Part shown: piece after piece, positions 26,224 to 37,344 of the stretch | How the letters are laid out: each line of letters begins with the position of its first letter | Numbering within the stretch: position 1 is the stretch's first letter | Assembly (NCBI GenBank): GCA_031403995.1 | Contig: JANNGS010000012.1 | Span: 4,999 to 68,998, forward strand | DNA: 64,000 bases | Direction of reading: 5' to 3' | Source: Thermoanaerobaculia bacterium | GTDB taxonomy: Bacteria; Acidobacteriota; Thermoanaerobaculia; Multivoradales; JAGPDF01 | The notes under the pieces: model-generated | The model's database searches: none | Told to the model about the DNA's origin: nothing | What the model saw: the letters and a program-made list of their open reading frames with translations, nothing else | Translations under genes and position numbers: made by a program

Positions 26224-27618
26224 CTAAAGCTGACCCGAGGCGAACTCGCCGCGGGCGAGACGTGCTTGGTAAGCGGGGTCGTCGTAGCGGTCGAGGCGGA
26301 AGTCGGTGGCGTATTCCGGCAACTTCTCGCCGGTGACAGTCGCGCCCAGGAGCTCGGCGGCGGCGGCCGCCGCCATGATGCCGTAGCCGGAAAGGCCGCA
26401 CATCAGATGGAAGCCGGCGACCGGAGTCGGACCGACGAGCAGGCGGTTCTCGGCCGTCTTGCAGTAGTAGCCGCCGTCGACGAACGAGCGCTGCATCTTG
26501 TCGCCGAGGTAAACGCCGAAGCCGGGCACCATCTGAGCGACCGCCCGCAGCGCGACTTCCGGGTACCAGGGATCGAACTTCGGCGGCCAGACCGGCTTCA
26601 GGGCGTCGAGGTGGTAGGTGAAGAGCAGCAGGAGCATCCTGCTGTCGCGGCGGCCCTCCGGCCGGAAGTGCACTCCGCCAGGGAGCGGCCGGGTGAGGTA
26701 GGCGAGGTCGGGGTCGGCGGCGAGCTCGGCGCGCTCCGCTTCGCCCCAGTCGAGGGTCACCGGGTCGCACCAGATCATCAGCGGCAGCTCCCGCGGCACG
26801 ACCTGCTCGAGGTCGTCGAGATAGACCTTGCCGTGGAGCTCGTTGAACAGCGGCAGCTCCAGGCCGCAGAGGCGGCCGACCTCCGGCGCGAGCGGTCCGG
26901 CGGCGTTGACCAGCGTGCCGGTCGCGATGCGGTCGACGGTGCCACCGGGACGGGCGATCTCGACGCCGGTGATCCTGCCGGACTCGACGTCGACCGAAGT
27001 CAGCCGACCTTCGACGAGCTCGACGCCGGCCTCGCGCGCCTGCTCGAGCATCCACATGCCGAGCTGCTGCGCTGCGAGCCAGCCACAGCGGCGCGGCAGG
27101 AGCGCCGCGATCGTCGCCGGGTTGAGGAACGGATAGCGGCAGCGGATCGTCTGCGGGTCGAGAAGGAGGTCGGCGCCACCGATGGACGGGTCGAGCTTGT
27201 CGTACGGCGCCTCGGGAAAGAGCGGGTCGGACATCTCGCCGCGATGGACGCGGAGCTCCCCCGCCCCGAGCGCCGAGATCTCGCGCGCCGTGCGCTCGAA
27301 GTTGGCGGCGCGCTCCGGCTCGGCGGTGAAGTAGGCGTAGCCGTTGCGGTTCATGGCGAAGCGGTCGCCGCTCGCCGCCGACATCTCCTCGAGCAGGTCG
27401 ATGCTCCGGTCCATGAAGCGCACCATCGTCGTGCCAGGTCCCGGCCACCAGTTGCGGTAGCACTCGGTCGACTTGTCGCTGGTGAGCGTGAGCGGCGGCA
27501 GCGGGTCGACCAGAACGATGCGACGCTGGCCGCGGCGCACTGCCAGCTCGTAGGCCGCCGCGACGCCGCCGATGCCGGCGCCGCAGATGACGATGTCGGC
27601 GCTGCGCGATGTGGTCAT
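26224..27618 (-). CDS. FAD-dependent oxidoreductase (DAO-like family)
   Basis: N-terminal dinucleotide fold ADIVICGAGIGGVAAAYELA..RIVLVD. Size and overall pattern fit the FAD-dependent amine/sarcosine-oxidase-like superfamily. Substrate unknown. Confidence 0.8.
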   Translation of the reverse strand: MTTSRSADIVICGAGIGGVAAAYELAVRRGQRRIVLVDPLPPLTLTSDKSTECYRNWWPGPGTTMVRFMDRSIDLLEEMSAASGDRFAMNRNGYAYFTAEPERAANFERTAREISALGAGELRVHRGEMSDPLFPEAPYDKLDPSIGGADLLLDPQTIRCRYPFLNPATIAALLPRRCGWLAAQQLGMWMLEQAREAGVELVEGRLTSVDVESGRITGVEIARPGGTVDRIATGTLVNAAGPLAPEVGRLCGLELPLFNELHGKVYLDDLEQVVPRELPLMIWCDPVTLDWGEAERAELAADPDLAYLTRPLPGGVHFRPEGRRDSRMLLLLFTYHLDALKPVWPPKFDPWYPEVALRAVAQMVPGFGVYLGDKMQRSFVDGGYYCKTAENRLLVGPTPVAGFHLMCGLSGYGIMAAAAAAELLGATVTGEKLPEYATDFRLDRYDDPAYQARLARGEFASGQL

Positions 27619-27630
27619 TCCACGGAGATC

Positions 27631-30462
27631 TTACGGCAGCTGCGGAAAAGCCTCGATGTCGCCGTTGCTGGCGAAGGTGCCCGAGGGATTCTCTCGCGTC
27701 CAGCTCTCGCCGGTCTCGGTGTCGACGACGGTGAGCTCGAACTCGACGTTCGACAGCGAGCCGTAGAAGACCCAGTAAGCGTTGTTCGTCCCCCGCCCGT
27801 CGATCACCTTCACCGCCAGCTCGTGGATCCCGGCGTCGAAGAACCAGAACGAGCCGGTGTCTGGCGTCAGCACCAGAGGAGTTCCGACGCCGGTGCGCCC
27901 GGCGAAGTCGCGCCAGGTGACCGAAGCCGCGAACCGCCCGTCCGAGAGACAGAGCGTCGTCGCATTGGGTTCGCAGGAGTTCGCCGAGCGCGCCGGCGCT
28001 GCGCGCCGGCGAAGCGCCATCACCGAACCCGCCGCGACGTTCGCCGGCGTCGCGAAAGTCTCTGCCTGCGGAAACGATTCGATGTCGCCCTGGCTCGCGA
28101 ACCTCCCGCGCGGATTGAAATAGCCGTGCTGCGCCCCGGTCACCGTGTCGGTCGCGAGCAGTGTGAACTCGACGTTCGACAGCGCCCCGTAGAACGTCCA
28201 GAAGGCGTTGTTGAACGAGACGCCGTCGATCTCCTTGACGAACAGCTCGAGATTGTCCGCGTCGAAGAACCAGAAGCTTCCGGTGTCGCTGGCGAGCTGC
28301 ACTGCTTGTCCGACCCCGGAGTGACCGGCGAAGTCCCGCCAGATACTTTCGATCTTGAAGCGCCCGTCGGTGATGCACAGCGCCGTCGCCGACGGCACGC
28401 ACGGCTCCGGCTCCTGGAGGTCGTAGGCCAGGATGCCGCCGCCGTCGGCCGAGACGTAGAGCCGGTTGGGCGTCACCGGGTCGAGGGCCAGATCCCCCAG
28501 CTCCCACCCCAGGAGACCTTCGGAGAGGTTGAACCAGGAGAGCCCACCGTCGCGAGTGCCCACGACATCGCGGGGGAGCGCGGTGCAATCGGCTCGGGAA
28601 GTCGCGTAGGTGCTCCCGGGGTGCAGGGGATCGACGGCGAGATCCTGCAACAGCGCAAACTCCTGCGACCCCAGAGGCGAGGTTGCCTCCCAGGTGAGAC
28701 CACCATCGTGGCTCGCAAAGAGGCCCGCTCCGTCGTTCGTCGCGTAGACCGTCTCCGCGTTGACCCATTGCAGGTCGATGAAGAGGGCCCCGCAGCTCGC
28801 CGGCAAACCTGGAGGGTCTGGACGAGGTTCCACGAGCGTCCAGTCCTGGCCGGAGTTCGTGCTGCGGTAGATGCCCCGATAGCCGGGGGCGAGCACGACG
28901 CCGGCGTTGAAAGGGCTGGGGACGACGCGGGTGAACGCATCCTGCGGCTCGTCGGGTTCAATACACTGCCAGCTCTCGCCCGCATTCTCGGACGAAAAAT
29001 TGTGGCACTCCGCCACGCACAAACCGCCGACGTTGATACCCGAAGCGAAAAGGCGACTCGGCTGGAGCGGATCGAGCGTCAACTCGGTCACGATCAGGCA
29101 CTCCGCCGAGGCGAGATGGACGTCCCAGGTCGCGCCCGCATCGAGGCTCGAGGTCACGCCCTGGAATCCGCTGCCATCCCAATAGTCGGTGGCCGCGAGG
29201 TAATGACTCGAGTCGTTGGGATCGACAAGAAAATCGAGCAGAGAGGGCTGACCTGCAGCGGTCGAAACCGAGAAGTACTCCCAGGACTCGCCGCGATCCA
29301 GGGAGCGCAGGATGTCCGGACCATGAAAGCCGCTGGGAGCCGCAAGTGCATACAGCCGGTCCGGGTTCTGGCGGTCCAGTTCGAACACGCGGACGTCGGC
29401 GGCGAAGATCCCCGAATTCGATTCTCCCCAGGCCCCTCCGTCATCGATGCTCCTAGAGATGCCGCTTTCGCTCGCTGCAAGGAGAGCGACTGGCGTCGCT
29501 GCGAGATCCCTGAACGCCATGGATGGGAAACTTGAGAACGGGCGGGGCAGCAGCTGCCAGCTTTCGCCCCCATCGCGTGAGGTCAGCAGCTCAGTTCCTG
29601 TTTCCCCGCGCCGCTGAGCGAAGACCACGGAGTCCGCGCGAACCCTGAGCAGATTGAAGCGGCTCGGAGTCCCGGCAGCGGCTAGCGCGAGCGACCAGAG
29701 TGCTCCGCCGTTCAAGCTGCGATAGATCCCGGTGGGTGTCTGCAGATAGAGCCGCAGGGGATCGACCGGATCGAACTCGACTCCCACGGCGCCGAGGTTG
29801 TCCGGCACGCCGTCGTTGGCGGGCGACCAGCTGTCACCGTAGTCGCTGGTGGTGAAGACACCGCTCGTGCGGCTCACCGCGAACGCCGTTCCGGCGAGCG
29901 TCGGGTGGATTCCGACCCAGTCCGGGTCAACGAGGCCCGGCAGGGCTCCGCGAAACACCGGCTGCCAGGAGTCTCCCCGATTGCGGCTGCGGAAAATCTC
30001 GAGCTGGGTCGCGACCAGCAGAAAGTCGGGGTCCTGAGCATCGACGGCGACGGGTGACCGGGGAAAGAACGGTTGCGGAAGCCCCACGCTGCTCGCCACC
30101 CATGTGGTCCCGCCATCCAGGCTGCGCCGGACACCGTCGATGCTTACGTCGTAAAGCCGCAGAGGATCGGCCGAATCGACCGAGAGAAAGCACGAAGCTT
30201 GTCGCTCGACCGGAGCTCCGGTCGGCTCCCATGTCCTACCGCCATCGGCGCTGCGAAAGTAACTTACCCCCGCGGAGTAGACGATCGCGGGGTCGGAGGG
30301 CGCCACGGCGACTCTGCAGAGGAAGCCACCTTCCGGCCCGAGCTGAGTCCAGGTGTTGACACCGGCGCGCGCCACGGTCGGCGACTGAGCTTCTGCGAGG
30401 GCAAGGAAGAGACCGAGGAGACCGACTGAGCTCCGTATCGGCGAGAATCTCTCGAATCGCAT
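27631..30462 (-). CDS. secreted Asp-box (BNR)/VPS10-GH74-like double beta-propeller protein with two C-terminal ~112-aa Cys-containing modules (paralog 1)
   Basis: Start trimmed to the ATG at 30462 (GGAGGC just upstream), giving MRFERFSPIRSSVGLLGLFLALAEAQS. About 13 Asp-box-like motifs (SADGGRTW, SLDGGTTW, SRDGGESW, SLDRGESW, SHDGGLTW, TRDGGLSW ...). The C-terminus is described in the findings. Confidence 0.8.
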   Translation of the reverse strand: MRFERFSPIRSSVGLLGLFLALAEAQSPTVARAGVNTWTQLGPEGGFLCRVAVAPSDPAIVYSAGVSYFRSADGGRTWEPTGAPVERQASCFLSVDSADPLRLYDVSIDGVRRSLDGGTTWVASSVGLPQPFFPRSPVAVDAQDPDFLLVATQLEIFRSRNRGDSWQPVFRGALPGLVDPDWVGIHPTLAGTAFAVSRTSGVFTTSDYGDSWSPANDGVPDNLGAVGVEFDPVDPLRLYLQTPTGIYRSLNGGALWSLALAAAGTPSRFNLLRVRADSVVFAQRRGETGTELLTSRDGGESWQLLPRPFSSFPSMAFRDLAATPVALLAASESGISRSIDDGGAWGESNSGIFAADVRVFELDRQNPDRLYALAAPSGFHGPDILRSLDRGESWEYFSVSTAAGQPSLLDFLVDPNDSSHYLAATDYWDGSGFQGVTSSLDAGATWDVHLASAECLIVTELTLDPLQPSRLFASGINVGGLCVAECHNFSSENAGESWQCIEPDEPQDAFTRVVPSPFNAGVVLAPGYRGIYRSTNSGQDWTLVEPRPDPPGLPASCGALFIDLQWVNAETVYATNDGAGLFASHDGGLTWEATSPLGSQEFALLQDLAVDPLHPGSTYATSRADCTALPRDVVGTRDGGLSWFNLSEGLLGWELGDLALDPVTPNRLYVSADGGGILAYDLQEPEPCVPSATALCITDGRFKIESIWRDFAGHSGVGQAVQLASDTGSFWFFDADNLELFVKEIDGVSFNNAFWTFYGALSNVEFTLLATDTVTGAQHGYFNPRGRFASQGDIESFPQAETFATPANVAAGSVMALRRRAAPARSANSCEPNATTLCLSDGRFAASVTWRDFAGRTGVGTPLVLTPDTGSFWFFDAGIHELAVKVIDGRGTNNAYWVFYGSLSNVEFELTVVDTETGESWTRENPSGTFASNGDIEAFPQLP

Positions 30463-30573
30463 GCCTCCACCCGCTTTCTGGGCTTCACCTACTCGGTGCT
30501 GCTCCAGCATACGCGCGCGGATTTCACATCGTTCCACGGCCTCCGAGCGCGGGATCCCAGGCGCGACACTCAA

Positions 30574-33375
30574 CTACTGCGGGAAGGCCTCGATATCGCC
30601 GCCGCTGGCGAAGGTGCCGGACGGATTGGCGCGCGTCCAGATGTCGCCGGTCTCCGTGTCGACGACGGTGAGCTCGAACTCGACGTTCGACAACGAGCCA
30701 TAGAAGACCCAGTAGGCGTCGTTCGTGCCCCGGCCGTCGATCACCTTCACCGCCAGCTCATGGATGCCGGCGTCGAAGAACCAGAACGAGCCGGTGTCCG
30801 GCGTCAAAACGAGCGGCGTGCCGACACCGGTCCGCCCGGCGAAGTCCCGCCAGGTCACGCTCGCCGCGAACCGTCCGCCCGAAAGACAGAGCGTCGTCGG
30901 GTTGGGCACACAGGCGTTGGCCGATCGCTGCGGCACGCTACGCAAGCGCAGCGGAGCCAACGACGCTACGGCGAAGCTCCCCGGTGAAGCCACGCTCTCC
31001 TCCTGCGGGAACGACTCGATGTCGCCCTGGCTGGCAAACCGCCGGCTGGGGTTGAAGTAGCCGTGCTGCGCCCCAGTTGCGGTGTCGGTCGCGAGCAGCG
31101 TGAACTCGACGTTCGACAGCGCGCCGTAGAACGTCCAGAAGGCGTTGTTGAACGAAACCCCGTCGATCTCCTTCACGAACAACTCGAGATTTTCGGGCGA
31201 GAAGAACCAGAACGTCCCCGAATCCGCCGCCAGCGGCTGCGCATGACCGACACCCGAGCGGCCTGCGAAATCGCGCCAGAGAGCCTCGAGCCGGAAGCGC
31301 CCGTCGTTCACGCACACCGCGGTATCGCTCGGCACGCACGGCCCGGGGATCTGGACGTCGTAAGCCAGGATGCCACCACCGGCCGCCGAGACGTAGAGAC
31401 GATTGGGCGTGACAGGGTCGATTCGCAGAGCGCTAAGGTTCCATCCGCGGAGGCCCGCCGAGAGCAGGTCCCAGCTAACTCCGCCGTCGATGCTCCGCCC
31501 GACTTCGGAGCTTGCGGAGAGGACGTAGATATTCAATGGGTGGACGCGATCGACAACTAGATCTGACAGCAAGGGAAACGGCGGAAAGCCCACACTGACT
31601 GGACCCCATGTCGAGCCGCTATCTCGGCTCACATAAAGTCCGGCTCCGAAGTTCGTGGCGTAGGCGATCTCTGCTGTTGCCCATTCGACGTCCATGAAAG
31701 GTGAAGATAAGCCCGGTCCGATCGGATTCGCCTCTACTAGCGTCCAGTCGTCGCCGGAGTTCGAGCTCCGGTAGATGCCATCAAATCCCAGGGCGAGGAC
31801 TTCTCCGCCTCGGTGCGGGTTCGGGGCAAGCTGCTGGATCCTGTCAGCGAGTCCGGCGCCGATGCATTGCCAGCTCGCCCCCAGATCGTCGGAGCGGAAT
31901 GTCACGCAGGATTCGCCGCACGAATACTGATCTGGGGTTCCCACAAGGTAGAGCCGCTCCGGAGCAAGCAGATCAGGCACGAGATTCTGAAGATAAAGAC
32001 AGGAGAACGGCGCAGGATGCGGCGTCCAGGTTGCGCCGGCATCCTCGCTGCGGAGCACCGCGTCGCCGTGGAAAGTCGTCGCGAAGAGGCGACGAGATTG
32101 ACTGGGATCAACGGCAAGGTCCACCGGTGTCGCGGACGAAAGCGGCTCGGGGGGAACCAGCGTCTGCCATGCGCCCCCACCGTCGAGAGATCGGAATACG
32201 CGAAAGGAGTGTAGGTAGTCGCTGCTGTCGAGGGCAAACATGGATTTCGGATTCTGGCGGTCGAGTTCGACCTCGGCGAGATCGGCTCCGAGCAAGCCGG
32301 CCTTCGACTCCTGCCAGGTGGCACCGTCGTCGGTACTGCGAAAGATCCCTCCGCGGCTTGTTGCCAGGAGTGCATCCGGGTTCGCGACGAGGCCCGAGAT
32401 CCCCAGAACCGGAAACATCGATGGGGTGCTGCTCAGCACCTGCCAGGTATCACCCCGGTCGCCTGAACCCAGTATCTGTTTGACGGCGGCGTCCAAGGTG
32501 TTCTTGAACGCGAACAGGGCAGAGTCCGACCGCACCGCGAGAAACGAGATCCCGTCCGCGAGACCGTAGATGTTGGAGAGGACCTTCGACCAGAGGGCTC
32601 CGCCGTTCTGCGTACGGTAGATCCCGTCACTGGCCAGGAGGTAGATGACGGAGTGATCCGCCGGGTCGAACACGAGCTTCATCGCATCCAGAAAGGGCGG
32701 GAGACCCTGTCCGACCGGCGACCAATCGTCACCATAGGTGGTGCTGAGGAAGAGTCCCTGGTCAGTTGTGACTGCGAAGACGCGTCCGGCTCGCAGCGGA
32801 TCCACCGCGACTTCGACCACGTTCGCGATTGTCGGTTCTCCGTCAGTTAGCCAGATCTGTTGCCACGTCTCCCCACGATTCCGACTCCGATGGAGCTGGC
32901 CGAGGCTGACGATCAGCAGGAAGTTCGGATCGTTCGGATCGACGGCAACCGGCGACCTTGCGGCCAGGGCAGGAAGTCCGGCACCGCCCTGCTCCCACGT
33001 CGCACCACCGTCGAAGCTGCGCTGAAAGGTCTCCGTAAAGCGAATGCTGTAGATGCGGAGCGGATCGGCAGAATCCACAGCGATGTCGCAGCCGAAGGAA
33101 TCCGCTGGCGCCGAGCGCGTCACCCACGTCTGACCGCCGTCGTCGCTGCGGAAGAATCCGGTCGTCTGCCCGGCCCCGTAGCCGACAGCATAGACGATCA
33201 AAGGTTCGGAGGGCGCGACCGCGATACCGCACAAGGGTCCGCCCTCGGGTCCGATCTGCGCCCACGTGTTGACTCCGGCAACAGCAGCGGTCGGAAGGAT
33301 CAGGGTGAGCGCAGCGGCAAACGCTGTCGCGGCGGGAACGAAGCGGCGGATCGACGATGGCATAGCGCAGCGCAT
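30574..33375 (-). CDS. secreted Asp-box (BNR)/VPS10-GH74-like double beta-propeller protein (paralog 2)
   Basis: Start at the ATG at 33375, about 8 nt after GGGAGG. MRCAMPSSIRRFVPAATAFAAALTLILPTAAVA signal. Same architecture as 27631-30462 and the same tandem C-terminal modules. Confidence 0.8.
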   Translation of the reverse strand: MRCAMPSSIRRFVPAATAFAAALTLILPTAAVAGVNTWAQIGPEGGPLCGIAVAPSEPLIVYAVGYGAGQTTGFFRSDDGGQTWVTRSAPADSFGCDIAVDSADPLRIYSIRFTETFQRSFDGGATWEQGGAGLPALAARSPVAVDPNDPNFLLIVSLGQLHRSRNRGETWQQIWLTDGEPTIANVVEVAVDPLRAGRVFAVTTDQGLFLSTTYGDDWSPVGQGLPPFLDAMKLVFDPADHSVIYLLASDGIYRTQNGGALWSKVLSNIYGLADGISFLAVRSDSALFAFKNTLDAAVKQILGSGDRGDTWQVLSSTPSMFPVLGISGLVANPDALLATSRGGIFRSTDDGATWQESKAGLLGADLAEVELDRQNPKSMFALDSSDYLHSFRVFRSLDGGGAWQTLVPPEPLSSATPVDLAVDPSQSRRLFATTFHGDAVLRSEDAGATWTPHPAPFSCLYLQNLVPDLLAPERLYLVGTPDQYSCGESCVTFRSDDLGASWQCIGAGLADRIQQLAPNPHRGGEVLALGFDGIYRSSNSGDDWTLVEANPIGPGLSSPFMDVEWATAEIAYATNFGAGLYVSRDSGSTWGPVSVGFPPFPLLSDLVVDRVHPLNIYVLSASSEVGRSIDGGVSWDLLSAGLRGWNLSALRIDPVTPNRLYVSAAGGGILAYDVQIPGPCVPSDTAVCVNDGRFRLEALWRDFAGRSGVGHAQPLAADSGTFWFFSPENLELFVKEIDGVSFNNAFWTFYGALSNVEFTLLATDTATGAQHGYFNPSRRFASQGDIESFPQEESVASPGSFAVASLAPLRLRSVPQRSANACVPNPTTLCLSGGRFAASVTWRDFAGRTGVGTPLVLTPDTGSFWFFDAGIHELAVKVIDGRGTNDAYWVFYGSLSNVEFELTVVDTETGDIWTRANPSGTFASGGDIEAFPQ

Positions 33376-33543
33376 GCGATTGGCCTCCCGAAGAAAAGTG
33401 AGGAGCAAGTCTTCAACCATTGTACGGGCGCGGGAGGCGACGCGTCGCACGGCATCGAAGACGAGCCCTGCCCCGAGGCGGCTCGCGGCAAGACCGTGCG
33501 CCGCGCTTTGCGCGGTGCATGGGCTCTGATCCAGCCCACTGCC

Positions 33544-35235
<1,692 letters not shown>

Positions 35236-35240
35236 CGGGA

Positions 35241-36911
35241 TCAACTCGCTTCCGGGGGATTCGGGGTCGCCTCGAGCACGCGGAGGGTCCGCGCCAGCCG
35301 GGCGAGCACGCGCTCTCTGCCGAGCAGAGCGAGGATATCGAACAGGCCGAAGCCGACCGGTTTCCCGGCGACCGCAACGCGCACCGCGTGCACGATGACG
35401 CCCAGACCGAGGCCGCGCGCGGCGACGAAAGCGGTCAGGAGCTTCTCGAGCGCGGCGGCGTCGAAAGCGGCGTCCGCCGGCAGGGCCGCGATCTCGTCGT
35501 GCATGGCGGCGAGGAGCTCCGGTGCCCCGGCCGCCGAGCGGATCCGCTTGTCGAACGCCTTCGGGTCGTAGACGAGCGCCTCGTCGGCGACAAAGAACTC
35601 GTCGTAGTCGAGGATGTCGCCGGAGACCTTGATGCGATCCGCCGCCGCCGCGACGATGCTGCGCACCTTCTCGCGGTCGGCTGCGGAAGCGGGAGCCGCA
35701 ATCCAGCCGGCCTGCTCGAGGTAGGGCAGCACGAGCGCCAACCGCTCGTCCACCGACAGCGCCTGCATGTAGCGCTCCTGGAAGGAGAGGAGCTTCTTGG
35801 GGTCGAAGCTCGCCGCGGACTTCCCGACCCGCTCGAGCGAGAAGTGCGCGATCTGCTCGGGGAGCGCGAGCATCTCGGTTTTGTCGTCGAGTGACCAGCC
35901 GAGGAGCAGCAGGTAGTTGAGAATCGCCTCCGGAAGGAAGCCGGCGATGCGGTAGAAGTCGGTGATCACCGGATTGAAGGTCTCCGGAGAGACCTCGAGC
36001 CTCAGCCGGTCGGCGATCCGGCGGCCGTGCTGGTAGAGCTCGGCGAACTCCGGGTTCTTGAGGTACTTGTCGAGCTTGCGCTTCGAGAGCTTGACGCGGC
36101 TGCCGGGCTCGGCGACGACCGGAAGGTGCGCAAACCGCGGGAGGGGCGCGCCCAGACCTTCGAAGATGAAGATCTGGCGTGGCGTGTTGGGAAGGTGCTC
36201 CTCGGCGCGGATGACGTGAGTGATTCCCATCTCGACGTCGTCGACGACGCTCGCCAGGTGGTAGAGGCAGGTGCCATCGGCGCGCTGGATCACATGGTCG
36301 GCCTCGGCGGCCCACTCGCTCTCGACCGTGCCGCGCACGATGTCGTCGATCCGGCAGACCCCCTCGCGCGGCATCCGGAGCCGCACGGCGGAAGTCCGCC
36401 CCTCGGCTTCGAAACGCGCCCGGTCGGCCGGGGACTCCGCCGCCCAGCGGCGGCTCGCGACGTAGGGACGCTTGGCGGCTTCCGCCTCGGCGCGTTCGGC
36501 CTGGGTCTCCTCGGGACGCGCATAGTCGCGGTAGGCGAAGCCGCCCGCGAGGAGCTTCTCGACCGCCGCCTGGTAGAGCGCCAGGCGCTCGGACTGGTAG
36601 TAGGGGGCGTGCGGGCCGCCGACCTCGGCGCCTTCGTCCCAGTCGATTCCCAGCCAGCGGAAGCCGTCGAGAATCGGCGCCAGGGCGTCGGCGAGGTTCC
36701 GCTGCGTGTCGGTGTCGTCGACCCGCAGAATGAACTTCCCACCGTGGTGGCGGGCGAAGAGCCAGTTGAAGAGCGCCGTCCGCACCCCGCCGATGTGCAG
36801 ATAACCGGTGGGTGAGGGGGCGAAGCGGACGCGGGGGGCTAGCGAAGGCGGAGCGGAGAGGGTCACGGCCGGGCTCTTTTCAGTCGCATGGAGCCTGCTC
36901 GGCGTCCTCAT
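35241..36911 (-). CDS. gltX: glutamyl-tRNA synthetase
   Basis: [42 protein letters not shown] (HIGH) and KLSKRK (KMSKS). The start is uncertain (ATG 36911 or GTG 36866). It cannot lie above 36942 because tRNA-Ser occupies 36943-37035. Confidence 0.9.
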   Translation of the reverse strand: MRTPSRLHATEKSPAVTLSAPPSLAPRVRFAPSPTGYLHIGGVRTALFNWLFARHHGGKFILRVDDTDTQRNLADALAPILDGFRWLGIDWDEGAEVGGPHAPYYQSERLALYQAAVEKLLAGGFAYRDYARPEETQAERAEAEAAKRPYVASRRWAAESPADRARFEAEGRTSAVRLRMPREGVCRIDDIVRGTVESEWAAEADHVIQRADGTCLYHLASVVDDVEMGITHVIRAEEHLPNTPRQIFIFEGLGAPLPRFAHLPVVAEPGSRVKLSKRKLDKYLKNPEFAELYQHGRRIADRLRLEVSPETFNPVITDFYRIAGFLPEAILNYLLLLGWSLDDKTEMLALPEQIAHFSLERVGKSAASFDPKKLLSFQERYMQALSVDERLALVLPYLEQAGWIAAPASAADREKVRSIVAAAADRIKVSGDILDYDEFFVADEALVYDPKAFDKRIRSAAGAPELLAAMHDEIAALPADAAFDAAALEKLLTAFVAARGLGLGVIVHAVRVAVAGKPVGFGLFDILALLGRERVLARLARTLRVLEATPNPPEAS

Positions 36912-36942
36912 TGGAATCGCGGCCGGGCGGAGCTCGAAGAAT

Positions 36943-37035
36943 TGGCGGAGAGGGGGGGATTCGAACCCCCGATACAGGTTGACCCCGTATGACGGTTTAG
37001 CAAACCGTTGCCTTAAGCCACTCGGCCACCTCTCC
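36943..37035 (-). tRNA. tRNA-Ser (anticodon GCT), CCA encoded
   Basis: Reverse complement GGAGAGGTGGCCGAGTGGCTTAAGGCAACGGTTTGCTAAACCGTCATACGGGGTCAACCTGTATCGGGGGTTCGAATCCCCCCTCTCCGCCA. Long variable arm; anticodon loop TTGCTAA. Confidence 0.9.
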
Positions 37036-37057
37036 GCACGCCAGACTAGGCCCGCGG

Positions 37058-37087
37058 ATCTTATGGGCTGGCGGCGGGTCGAGTCAA
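37058..37087 (-). promoter_or_regulatory. putative sigma70 promoter of tRNA-Ser(GCU) and possibly gltX-glnS
   Basis: Minus strand TTGACT-18 nt-TAAGAT, the same architecture as the tRNA-Gln promoter; the -10 ends 22 nt before the tRNA 5' end. Confidence 0.45.
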
Positions 37088-37108
37088 AGCTTCGGCCATT
37101 CCACTTTT

Positions 37109-37344
37109 CTGCTCGGGGTCCTGTCGGACGTGGCAGGGGACACATAGCGGCTGCCGCGACGACGGGTCGCTCCGACCCTCGAGTGGCCGCAATGTGTCCC
37201 CAAGTGCGACGGCCACCCCTCGTCGGTAGGGTGGCAAAGGAAGGCGCTTTCAACCCGGCCTCACCGCGACGCGAGGGCGCTCGGGATCCAAAGTGGGCGA
37301 CCACGCCTCAAATAGGAGCCCGCTTTGGATCCCGAGTGCCGGAG
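37109..37344 (+). repeat. structured intergenic repeat, copy B (copy A at 25967-26206)
   Basis: Same ordered blocks and the same two hairpins as copy A, in the same orientation. Ends 46 nt before the tkt start codon and starts 22 nt upstream of the tRNA-Ser -35 box. Confidence 0.85.

Noticed and set aside
25615-29535. 1306-aa + strand ORF spanning the tRNA-Gln region, repeat A, the oxidoreductase and part of paralog 1
   Set aside because: It runs straight through a tRNA gene and an intergenic repeat and is antisense to two well-supported genes. Its low-complexity, Arg-rich composition marks it as an artefact.
27634-31338. Diversity-generating retroelement (template/variable repeat) explanation for the near-identical C-terminal modules
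   Set aside because: No reverse transcriptase gene is in the window. The differences between the copies are not restricted to adenine positions.
35236-36315. Upstream extension of glnS to a 923-aa ORF (33544..36315)
   Set aside because: GlnRS homology starts at [10 protein letters not shown] (ATG 35235). The extension overlaps gltX in another frame and is Arg/Pro-rich.
36912-37304. Upstream extension of gltX to a 687-aa ORF (35241..37304)
   Set aside because: The extension would read through tRNA-Ser(GCU) (36943-37035) and repeat copy B. GluRS homology begins near [16 protein letters not shown].
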